A stretch of DNA of 56,474 nt from a virus (taxonomy: Duplodnaviria; Caudoviricetes). The notes beneath the pieces are model-generated. The model ran no database searches and had not been told where the DNA came from. It saw only the letters and a list, made by a program, of their open reading frames with translations. Every line of letters begins with the position of its first letter. The stretch's first letter is position 1. Shown piece after piece: positions 44,585 through 52,893 of this stretch. The position numbers and the translations under genes are program-made. Where the stretch lies: positions 1 to 56,474 of IMG/VR virus record IMGVR_UViG_3300006737_000004; one strand, written 5' to 3'.

Positions 44585-46831
44585 ATGTCAGGATACATAG
44601 GTACAATACCTACACCACAGGCTACACAAACTAGAGATGTGTTTACAGCAACAGCATCACAAACAACCTTTGCTACAAGTGGTTACACGGTTGGTTTTTT
44701 AGATGTCTATGTTAACGGTGTACATTTTAAAAACGGCACAGACTACACAGCAACTAATGGCTCAGATGTGGTTATGGCCTCTGGTTTGGATGCTGATGAT
44801 TATGTAGAAGTTGTTGCTTTTAGTACATTCTCTACAAGTGACACTGTGTCAGCCTCAGGTGGTGGAACGTTTAGTGGTGATGTTACATTCGCAGATGGTG
44901 CAGACCTTGTTACCGCCAGTGCAGGTACATCCAACTTCAGAGCAGGGGTAAATGCTGGAAACTCAATTCAGTCTGGCGGCAATTACAACGTGGTTGTGGG
45001 TGATGAGGCAGGGACTGCTATTACTACTGGCGATAATAATACAATGTTAGGGTATAGTGCTGGTGTAGCTTTAACCACGGGTTTACGAAATACGTTACTT
45101 GGTGCTACCGCTGGAGATGCCATTGTGGGTGCTGAACGTAATACGGCTGTGGGGTATGGCGCATTACATACTGAAACTGAGGGTGATAGAAGTACTGCTG
45201 TTGGTGTATTTGCTTTAAGCACTCAAAATACATCAGGTGGTGGTAATGTCTATAATACGGCTGTTGGGTATGGAGCAGGTAATGTAATAACCACAGGTAC
45301 AAACAACACCTTAATCGGTGGCCTTGCAGGTGATGCAATTACGACAGGGACTTACAACACCGCACTCGGTTCTAATGCATTAGGTGCTAACACCACCGCA
45401 TCCTACAGTGTGGCACTCGGTTCTTTTTCTTTGTACAGCAACACCACTGGCGCAGCAAATGTAGCATCAGGGTACTATTCGTTACACAACACCACCACTG
45501 GAACTCAAAATGCAGCCTCTGGGTACTATTCGGGGTACAGCAATTCTACGGGTAACTACAATTCGTTTTTTGGCGGTCAAGCGGGATATTCAAACACCAC
45601 TGCATCAAACAATGCAGCTGTGGGTTGGGCTGCACTATATGACAATACGACAGGTCATAGTAATTCTGCTCTTGGCGATAGTGCATTACAAAATAATACG
45701 ACAGGGAATTACAATGTAGGTATAGGTCGTAATGCACTGGATTCAAACACCACCGCAAGTAACAACACTGCCGTTGGGTATCAGGCACTTTACGATAACA
45801 CCACTGGTGACGACATGGTTGCAGTTGGTTGGCAAGCCTTAGCCAACAACACAACTGGTCAAGACAACGTGGCGATAGGGCTACAGGCAGCAGTCAATAA
45901 CACGACAGGTAACAACAATGTTGCTGTAGGGTTAGCCGCTTTGCATCAAAACACCACCGCATCAAACAACGTAGCCGTGGGGTATAGGTCACAGTATTCA
46001 ACTACTACTGGAGATAAAAATATCTCTTTGGGTGGTGACAGCATGTACACTAATACTACTGGCGTAAAAAATGTAGCCGTTGGGCATGATTCTTTAGTGC
46101 TAAATACCACTGGTAGCTACAATACGGCCGTGGGGGATCTAGCATTATCTGCCAACACCACTGCATCACAAACTGTTGCTATTGGCAGTTCAGCAGGTAA
46201 ATCTTTAACAACAAATGGTGCAGGAACTTTTGTAGGTAATGACGCAGGTAGAGACGCAACAGGCAGTACAAACGCATTTTTTGGGCATGACAGTGGTAGA
46301 CTTATTACAAGTGGTGCTAAAAACGTTGTTATTGGATCATATGACGGCAACGAAAACGGCCTAGACATACGCACCTCTGACAACAACGTTGTGCTGTCGG
46401 ATGGAGATGGTAATATTATTCTTTCATACCAAAGCTCTGGTAATACTACGAAAATGCAATATGTGTATAGCAATACAACTTCTTCTGCCGCAAATGTAGC
46501 TATACTTTCTAGTGGAACAATTGCTAGGTCAACTTCATCTCTGCGTTATAAGAATACAGTAAACGATGCCACACATGGCTTAACAGAACTGCTTGCACTT
46601 CGACCTGTTACTTACAAGGGCAACAACGATGGCGACACAGTATTCGGTGGTTTGATTGCTGAAGAAGTCCACGATGCAGGGCTTACAGAGTTTGTAACCT
46701 ACAACGATGACAATGAGCCAGATGCACTAGCATATGGAAACATGGTATCCCTCTGCATCAAAGCAATACAAGAACAACAGGAAACCATCACGGCTTTAAA
46801 AGCACGTATCACTACCCTAGAAAACGCATAA
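44585..46831 (+). CDS. Tail fibre / receptor-binding protein 3 (NTTG beta-roll repeats) with S74 chaperone
   Basis: MSGYIG anchor, many N.A.G..AL..NTT repeats; SSLRYK, GLIAEEV and IKAIQEQ. Confidence 0.88.
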   Translation: MSGYIGTIPTPQATQTRDVFTATASQTTFATSGYTVGFLDVYVNGVHFKNGTDYTATNGSDVVMASGLDADDYVEVVAFSTFSTSDTVSASGGGTFSGDVTFADGADLVTASAGTSNFRAGVNAGNSIQSGGNYNVVVGDEAGTAITTGDNNTMLGYSAGVALTTGLRNTLLGATAGDAIVGAERNTAVGYGALHTETEGDRSTAVGVFALSTQNTSGGGNVYNTAVGYGAGNVITTGTNNTLIGGLAGDAITTGTYNTALGSNALGANTTASYSVALGSFSLYSNTTGAANVASGYYSLHNTTTGTQNAASGYYSGYSNSTGNYNSFFGGQAGYSNTTASNNAAVGWAALYDNTTGHSNSALGDSALQNNTTGNYNVGIGRNALDSNTTASNNTAVGYQALYDNTTGDDMVAVGWQALANNTTGQDNVAIGLQAAVNNTTGNNNVAVGLAALHQNTTASNNVAVGYRSQYSTTTGDKNISLGGDSMYTNTTGVKNVAVGHDSLVLNTTGSYNTAVGDLALSANTTASQTVAIGSSAGKSLTTNGAGTFVGNDAGRDATGSTNAFFGHDSGRLITSGAKNVVIGSYDGNENGLDIRTSDNNVVLSDGDGNIILSYQSSGNTTKMQYVYSNTTSSAANVAILSSGTIARSTSSLRYKNTVNDATHGLTELLALRPVTYKGNNDGDTVFGGLIAEEVHDAGLTEFVTYNDDNEPDALAYGNMVSLCIKAIQEQQETITALKARITTLENA

Positions 46832-46841
46832 GGAAAAAGAA

Positions 46842-47063
46842 ATGACTGACACACCAACTAAAGAAGAAATCGCACAGCACTACACAGCAATGGGTCACTC
46901 TGTTGATCTGCTAAATGCTGGTAAACCATCTGACATGGAAGCAGACGATTGGACTGCAACCAAGGCTCGTAATGTAGAGCATCTACAGTTGATGGTGGCA
47001 AAGGACTTCTGGACTTCAGAAGATATGACTGTGGTGAATAAAGCTATCGCAGATAATAAGTAA
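46842..47063 (+). CDS. Small fibre-associated protein
   Basis: EIAQHY.AM..SV.L...RNVEHL..MV.K..WT.EDMT..N.AI. Confidence 0.7.
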   Translation: MTDTPTKEEIAQHYTAMGHSVDLLNAGKPSDMEADDWTATKARNVEHLQLMVAKDFWTSEDMTVVNKAIADNK

Positions 47064-47085
47064 CTTAACATAAAGGAGAAAGCTA

Positions 47086-47307
47086 ATGGCAGAGAAAAAA
47101 ACAAACGTCATTACTGTTAACGATAAAGAATACACAGAAGATCAACTTACAGATCAGCAAAAGGGTATGATTAATCATATTACTGATCTAGAACGTAAGA
47201 TTGGTTCTACACAATTTAATCTTGATCAGTTACAAGTTGGTCGTCAAGCCTTCTTGGATATGCTTACAAAATCTCTAGAGGAAGAAGTAACCTCTGAACC
47301 AGAATAA
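47086..47307 (+). CDS. Small coiled-coil protein (tail-associated)
   Basis: I...KEY....L...QK..I.H..DL..K....F.LDQL; AAGGAG RBS. Confidence 0.7.
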   Translation: MAEKKTNVITVNDKEYTEDQLTDQQKGMINHITDLERKIGSTQFNLDQLQVGRQAFLDMLTKSLEEEVTSEPE

Positions 47308-47327
47308 AATATAAAGGCTGAATAAAT

Positions 47328-47600
47328 ATGACTAAAGATAGCTGGCATTTAAGTAAATCTGTACCCATCTCTTTTATACTGGCTATCATTGGTCAGACTG
47401 TAGCACTTGTTTGGTATGTATCTAGTTTAGATAATAACATTCAAAATAATCAACGTGAACTTATTAGGCATGAGACTAGAATAGAAGCCTTAGAAAAGGT
47501 AGTTCAAAGTCAGGCTGTAACTCTTGGACGTATGGATGAGAATATTAAGGCTATACGACACTCAGTGGAAAAGATGGCGAATAGGGATACGGAACAGTAA
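47328..47600 (+). CDS. Membrane-anchored coiled-coil protein
   Basis: WHLSKSVP, one TM segment, then heptads and R.DEN. Confidence 0.7.
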   Translation: MTKDSWHLSKSVPISFILAIIGQTVALVWYVSSLDNNIQNNQRELIRHETRIEALEKVVQSQAVTLGRMDENIKAIRHSVEKMANRDTEQ

Positions 47601-47641
47601 ATAACTGGAGTCTTTCTTTTAGGTAATTTAAGCAGGGGGGA

Positions 47642-48109
47642 GTGCTTATGATTGATCCAGTAACAGCTATAGCTGGTGCAACCGCAGCTTTTAATGCCAT
47701 AAAGAAAGGCATACAGGTTGGAAGAGACCTGCAGGATATGGGCAGTCAACTCTCTCAATGGGCAGGCGCTGTAGCAGACCTGGACTTTGCAGACAGACAA
47801 ACCCAAAAGCCACCTTGGTATAAGGCTCTAGGTGGTGGTGTTGAAGCACAGGCAATGGAGATATGGCAAGCTAAACAAAAAGCTGAGTCCATGCGTAAAG
47901 AATTAAAAGACTACATATCGGTTATGTATGGCCCATCTAAGTGGCAAGAGATACTTGAGATAGAAGCCAAGTTAAGAAAACAAAAGAAAGAACACGAGCA
48001 CAGACAAATAGAAATTAAGCAAAAAATAATAGAGTGGTCAGCAGGTATAGCTGTATTTATTATTTGCACTGGATGTTTGTTTGGATTTGTATATTTAGGG
48101 ACTAGATAA
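47642..48109 (+). CDS. Membrane protein
   Basis: MIDP.TA.A.A.AAF..IK N-terminus and a C-terminal TM helix. Confidence 0.7.
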   Translation: MLMIDPVTAIAGATAAFNAIKKGIQVGRDLQDMGSQLSQWAGAVADLDFADRQTQKPPWYKALGGGVEAQAMEIWQAKQKAESMRKELKDYISVMYGPSKWQEILEIEAKLRKQKKEHEHRQIEIKQKIIEWSAGIAVFIICTGCLFGFVYLGTR

Positions 48110-50547
48110 TGATGAATTTAGATGCAGAACACAACTTAGCTAATAAGTTTCTTGGGTATACTGGTGAAAAATCTAGACCAGCTCTTGATGGTTTTTACAA
48201 GTCGAATCCAGGTGCTGCTGCACGTATGGGAGAGTATAGTAAAGCTATTACTGGCATGGCCAAAGGTGGATACTACGGTGGATATACAGGTATTCCTGGT
48301 GGTGAGAGGGGAAGAACTCCCCCAAGTGTAGCTCCTAAACAAGAGGTAGTACGTCCTAAAGCTAGACCAACCCCTGCTCCTACACCTAAACCTGTAAGTA
48401 AACCTAATGTTCCTACTATTAGACCCAGAGCAAGACCTACAGAAGCACAAAATATTTCTTTCGCCTCTTCATACCCCGAACCTAAAAGTATAACCACCTT
48501 TACAGATAACTCAGGTGCAACTGTTGCAGAGTCTACTGATAGTAAGACCACAACCATTAACCGTTCTAGTCAATCTGGTGACAACTTAATTCGTCAAGCT
48601 ATAGAACTTAATGTACCAATTGAGTTTTCTGAAAACGGTCAGTCAGCCTCTGTATCTAATGCAACTATGGAGAAGCTTGCTACATCTAAATTTGGGATTA
48701 AAAGTGGGATGCTTATGGCTGAACACAAACGAAGAAACCCTGCAGGAGGCTACAGTTCTTTCCACTTGGGTATTGGGCCAGAAGGAAACCTTAACATCTT
48801 TGACCCTAAGAACATGGATGTTACTGGTGGTAAGATGAAGGTGGGCTACAAGAGTACCTTTAATGAAGGTGGTGCTGTTCGTGGTTACGTAGAGGGTGGA
48901 GACAATATAAGCTATAAAGAAGATATTATACCTAAGTTTGGTAAAACTGTAGAAGAAACTATGCAACCTACACAAGCTGATGTATCTTATATCGCACCTA
49001 CTGCAGATCAAGATATAGACCCAACTGCAGGTCAAGTAAGTACTACAGCGCCTACTGCTGAAGTAGCAACTGTTGACACGACAGCTCAAGCTACTATGCC
49101 TATAACAGCTCCTGCTGCTACCTATGGTGCTGCTGCCGTAGCTCCTGAAGTGGGAAAGGTAACAGCAGGTATGCAACCTGTTGAGGGTGAAGTAAGTCAG
49201 GAAGCACAAGTAACTGCTGCTCAACAGAATGAGTCTGCAGTGTCTGGTATGCAAGCTGCTCAAGGTGCTGCTAACATTATGCAGAATCCTGTACAGCGAG
49301 AGATTCAACAGGGTGAACTTGTTAGTGGTGCTGCAGACGCTCAGAAGGCCGCACAGTTTACTGAACAGGTACAGGCTGCTACAGCTACCCCAACAAGTCA
49401 AGCTACTGTACAGGGTCAGCTAGAGGGGCTTATGCAACAGTTTGAGGGTGGTGCTACACCTGCATGGGCTGCTGGAGCTATGCGTAATGCTACTGCTGCT
49501 ATGGCTGCTAGAGGACTAGGTGCTTCTAGTATGGCAGGACAAGCTCTTGTACAAGCTGCTATGGAATCTGCCTTACCTATTGCCCAAGCTGATGCACAAA
49601 CAGTTGCACAATTTGAAGCACAGAACTTGTCAAACCGTCAACAACGTGCTATGCTTGCTGCACAACAACGTGCTACATTTATGGGACAGGAGTTTGATCA
49701 AGCATTCCAAGCTCGTGTACAAAACTCAGCTCGTATTGGTGACATTGCTAATATGAACTTTACTGCAGAGCAGAACATTGCTCTTGAGAACTCTCGTGCA
49801 GTAAACACTATGAACCTAGCCAACTTAGGTAATCGTCAGGCTATGGTTATGGCAGAGGCTGCTGCACTATCACAACTTGATATGTCTAACTTGAATAACA
49901 GGCAACAAGCCGCAGTACAAAATGCTCAGTCGTTTATGCAAATGGATATGACTAACGTAGCTAATGCACAGCAGACAGCTTTGTTTAAGACTCAACAGAA
50001 TGTTCAGGCTTTGTTCACTGATCAAGCTGCTACTAACGCTGCTGCACAGTTTAATGCTTCGAGTGAGAACCAGACTAACCAGTTCTTCTCACAACTCTCA
50101 AGCCAGACTTCACAGTTTAATACAGCACAAACCAATGCAATGAGCCAGTTTAATGTCGATGCAACTAACTCTATACGGCAGTTCAATGCAAACTTGCAGA
50201 ACCAGAGAGATCAGTTTAACGCTAACAATGGATTGGTTGTAGCTCAGGCTAATGCTCAGTGGAGACAAAACATTGCAACACTTAATACTGCTGCACAGAA
50301 CGAGAGTAATATGAACTATGCAAAGACCATTAACTCTTTAACCTCAAGTAACTTGGATCAGATCTGGCAACGTGAGAGAGACTTGATGCAGTATAACTTT
50401 CAATCCTCTGAAGATTCTAAAGATCGTGCACTACAAATCTTATTGGCAGATAAAAGTTTAGAAGAGTTGAAGGAATCTATTAAATATTCAGAAGACAAAG
50501 GTAAGACTAAGTTTATTTTTGACCTGTTGTTTAATGCTTTTGATTAG
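48109..50547 (+). CDS. Internal virion (ejection) protein, Gln/Ala/Asn-rich
   Basis: P.WA.GA.R...M..RGLGASS.AG.A...A..ESA.PIA and QFNA repeats; three xxxGG and two RPxARP motifs. Confidence 0.8.
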   Translation: MMNLDAEHNLANKFLGYTGEKSRPALDGFYKSNPGAAARMGEYSKAITGMAKGGYYGGYTGIPGGERGRTPPSVAPKQEVVRPKARPTPAPTPKPVSKPNVPTIRPRARPTEAQNISFASSYPEPKSITTFTDNSGATVAESTDSKTTTINRSSQSGDNLIRQAIELNVPIEFSENGQSASVSNATMEKLATSKFGIKSGMLMAEHKRRNPAGGYSSFHLGIGPEGNLNIFDPKNMDVTGGKMKVGYKSTFNEGGAVRGYVEGGDNISYKEDIIPKFGKTVEETMQPTQADVSYIAPTADQDIDPTAGQVSTTAPTAEVATVDTTAQATMPITAPAATYGAAAVAPEVGKVTAGMQPVEGEVSQEAQVTAAQQNESAVSGMQAAQGAANIMQNPVQREIQQGELVSGAADAQKAAQFTEQVQAATATPTSQATVQGQLEGLMQQFEGGATPAWAAGAMRNATAAMAARGLGASSMAGQALVQAAMESALPIAQADAQTVAQFEAQNLSNRQQRAMLAAQQRATFMGQEFDQAFQARVQNSARIGDIANMNFTAEQNIALENSRAVNTMNLANLGNRQAMVMAEAAALSQLDMSNLNNRQQAAVQNAQSFMQMDMTNVANAQQTALFKTQQNVQALFTDQAATNAAAQFNASSENQTNQFFSQLSSQTSQFNTAQTNAMSQFNVDATNSIRQFNANLQNQRDQFNANNGLVVAQANAQWRQNIATLNTAAQNESNMNYAKTINSLTSSNLDQIWQRERDLMQYNFQSSEDSKDRALQILLADKSLEELKESIKYSEDKGKTKFIFDLLFNAFD

Positions 50548-50555
50548 GAAAATAA

Positions 50556-51392
50556 ATGGCACTTTATAAAAGACCCTCTGTAACAAATCTTAGGACACAA
50601 CTTTTGGTTAAGGGGCAAAAAGCTCCAACAAGAAAGTCTCTTGTAGAAAGAGGTGTAGTAAGACCACGAAGTAGGCCTAGCTCTTTAGAAGTTGATCCTC
50701 TAGCTAGGCTTTCAGGACTAGCTGGTAGTATTGTACGTGAAGCAGATCAGGCAGAGAAACGAAGGACTAAAAGAAAAGCCACTTTAAGTTCTGGTTCTTT
50801 AGAAGAAACAAATGCAAACCTTAGAGCAAAGCTAGAATCAAAAAGTGATGAAGATATTATTGATGTATCTCCCTCAGCCGAAGCTCCAGATCAAGAATTT
50901 GTAAATAAAGATGTTATTGATGTATCTCCTTCGGCTGAAGCTGCAGATCAAGAGTTTGTAAAGGTCACAATACCTGAGTATCCTGAAGATCTTTCTCCAA
51001 AGAAAATTCAAAGTATTATTAAGAGAGAAGCAAAACTTAGAAACATATCTGCTACCTCTGCCTTAGCTATTTATAAAGCTGAAGGGTTTAACTCTTATCA
51101 GTCCAGTATTACAGAGGGGTCTCAGAAAAAGGTAGGGGGTCGTGAAGCTTCTTATGGACCATTCCAATTATATGTAGGTGGTGGACTAGGTAATGAGTAT
51201 GAAGAACAGACTGGTAGAAGTTTGTCATTAGATAATACTTTAGAGGGCATAACAAAACAGATACAGTTTGCACTAGATAAGGCAGCAGAAGGTAAGTCAT
51301 GGAAGCCTTGGTCTGGACATGAAGCTGCTGGACTTGATCCTACTGAAGGTCTTAACAGTGCAAAACCTGTCTTTAACTGGAAAGAAAACTAA
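50556..51392 (+). CDS. Internal virion protein with lysozyme-like (transglycosylase) domain
   Basis: I..EA...A.AI..AEG...SYGPFQL..GGG.G...W.PW. Confidence 0.7.
   Translation: MALYKRPSVTNLRTQLLVKGQKAPTRKSLVERGVVRPRSRPSSLEVDPLARLSGLAGSIVREADQAEKRRTKRKATLSSGSLEETNANLRAKLESKSDEDIIDVSPSAEAPDQEFVNKDVIDVSPSAEAADQEFVKVTIPEYPEDLSPKKIQSIIKREAKLRNISATSALAIYKAEGFNSYQSSITEGSQKKVGGREASYGPFQLYVGGGLGNEYEEQTGRSLSLDNTLEGITKQIQFALDKAAEGKSWKPWSGHEAAGLDPTEGLNSAKPVFNWKEN
50853..50960 (+). repeat. 57-bp tandem duplication
   Basis: DIIDVSPSAEAPDQEFV and DVIDVSPSAEAADQEFV. Confidence 0.85.
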
Positions 51393-51916
51393 TGAGTATA
51401 ATATTTGCAGCACCTATTCCAGGTCAATCACTGACATCAGAACCTAAGAACTTGCCGTTCGAAAGGCCACCAGAAACTGCTGATCCATACGAAGCTCTTA
51501 ACATGCACATAGATCACATCACTCAGCCTAAAGCTTTAAAGAGTGCGTTTCATTTTATGGAAGAGGGTTTAGATCTTGTATCATTAGTAGAGGGTGTGCT
51601 TCGTAGTGCTGTCATGGCAGGTAAACATAGTTTAGATGTTAGCTTAGTTATTGCACCAGTATTACATGAGTACATCAGAGGTCTTGCAATAGACTCAGAG
51701 GTAGAATTTAAAGAGGGTTTTGAAGAGGATCAAGAAGAAGAAGATGGGATTCAATATCAAAGAGATTCTGAACACGCTTTAAAAATGTTAAGAGAAATGA
51801 AAAAAGAAAAAGGTATGCCTGTTGAAGAAGTACAGCAAGAGCCACAAGAAGAAGTAATGGTGGAACCTGAAGAAGAAACAGAAGTACCACAAGGGTTAAT
51901 GGCTAGGAGAATATAA
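51392..51916 (+). CDS. Internal virion protein
   Basis: APIPGQSLT.EP.N.P.ERPP, G.H..DV...IAPV and C-terminal GLMARR. Confidence 0.7.
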   Translation: MSIIFAAPIPGQSLTSEPKNLPFERPPETADPYEALNMHIDHITQPKALKSAFHFMEEGLDLVSLVEGVLRSAVMAGKHSLDVSLVIAPVLHEYIRGLAIDSEVEFKEGFEEDQEEEDGIQYQRDSEHALKMLREMKKEKGMPVEEVQQEPQEEVMVEPEEETEVPQGLMARRI

Positions 51917-52893
51917 TGGGATTTAGTTGGGCAGGTGCTTCAGATTCACTGGAGAAAAACCTAGAGCGTGTCAGAGAAAAAGAAATTAGAGAAGAAGAGA
52001 TAGCTCTTAAGCGTGAAAATGCTTTGTTTGAGCTTGCAATAACTAAAGAAAGTGATCGGGCTAAGTATAAGACAGGGGATAAATATACAAAAGCTGCGGA
52101 AGATACATTAAAATTAAAAACCCAATTAGAGGGTTTAGATCTAGATGAAGAGACTTTAAAATTTTATCAACCTGTTTTAGAAGATCCTTTTGCAGCCTCA
52201 GATATTATAGACTTTATAGGTAAAGCAAAAGAGGACGGTTTAAACATTAGCTACTCTATGCTCCCTTCTTTAATGCAAGTTGTCAAGTCCAGTGCAACAG
52301 AAGAAACTAAAATGGATTATGTTTCTATGATTACTGGTGCTGACCTTTCAGATAAAGAAGAGTATTACAATCTTGCTCAAGAAATTACTGCTATGACAAG
52401 TTCTCCAGGAAGGACTGCTTTCGTCGTACCTAGTGCAGATTTTGGGGTAGATACAACAAAACAGATGGAGAAGTACGAAACCCAATTTGATTTAGCTGTA
52501 AACAGTTTATTACCTTTAGCCAGAGAAAAACTGATATCTTTGCCAGAGATTAGCGGAGACAGAAATAGACTAATGGCAGCAATAGACGGAGTGGAAAAAG
52601 GTTCAGGTTCTACATTATCTACTGCTCAAAACGTACTAATGGATATGTTTTTTAATACGAACACTTTTGAGGTGATGGCTGAAAGAAACCCAAATATTTT
52701 CTTTGATTACAAAAAGAATCCTCTTCTTAACCCATACTTACAGGCTGAAGAAGCGATACCTAGTCCTACAGGTACTGTTTTAACTCAAGAAGATATTGAT
52801 AGCAGCCCTAATTTACAAAGTTTAAATGCTCAACCTGGTGATAAAATTATAAATGGAGTTTTACATGACGCCAACGGAAACCCAAAGCAGTGA
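51916..52893 (+). CDS. Putative internal virion protein
   Basis: 325 aa, helical, within the ejection-protein cluster. Confidence 0.65.
   Translation: MGFSWAGASDSLEKNLERVREKEIREEEIALKRENALFELAITKESDRAKYKTGDKYTKAAEDTLKLKTQLEGLDLDEETLKFYQPVLEDPFAASDIIDFIGKAKEDGLNISYSMLPSLMQVVKSSATEETKMDYVSMITGADLSDKEEYYNLAQEITAMTSSPGRTAFVVPSADFGVDTTKQMEKYETQFDLAVNSLLPLAREKLISLPEISGDRNRLMAAIDGVEKGSGSTLSTAQNVLMDMFFNTNTFEVMAERNPNIFFDYKKNPLLNPYLQAEEAIPSPTGTVLTQEDIDSSPNLQSLNAQPGDKIINGVLHDANGNPKQ

Noticed and set aside
41337-46831. Diversity-generating retroelement or invertible fibre cassette
   Set aside because: No reverse transcriptase; the shared fibre segments differ at synonymous sites rather than adenine-specifically; all fibres are on one strand with no flanking inverted repeats seen
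48643-49401. 252-aa minus-strand ORF
   Set aside because: Ser/Cys-rich antisense shadow of the Ala/Gln-rich internal virion gene
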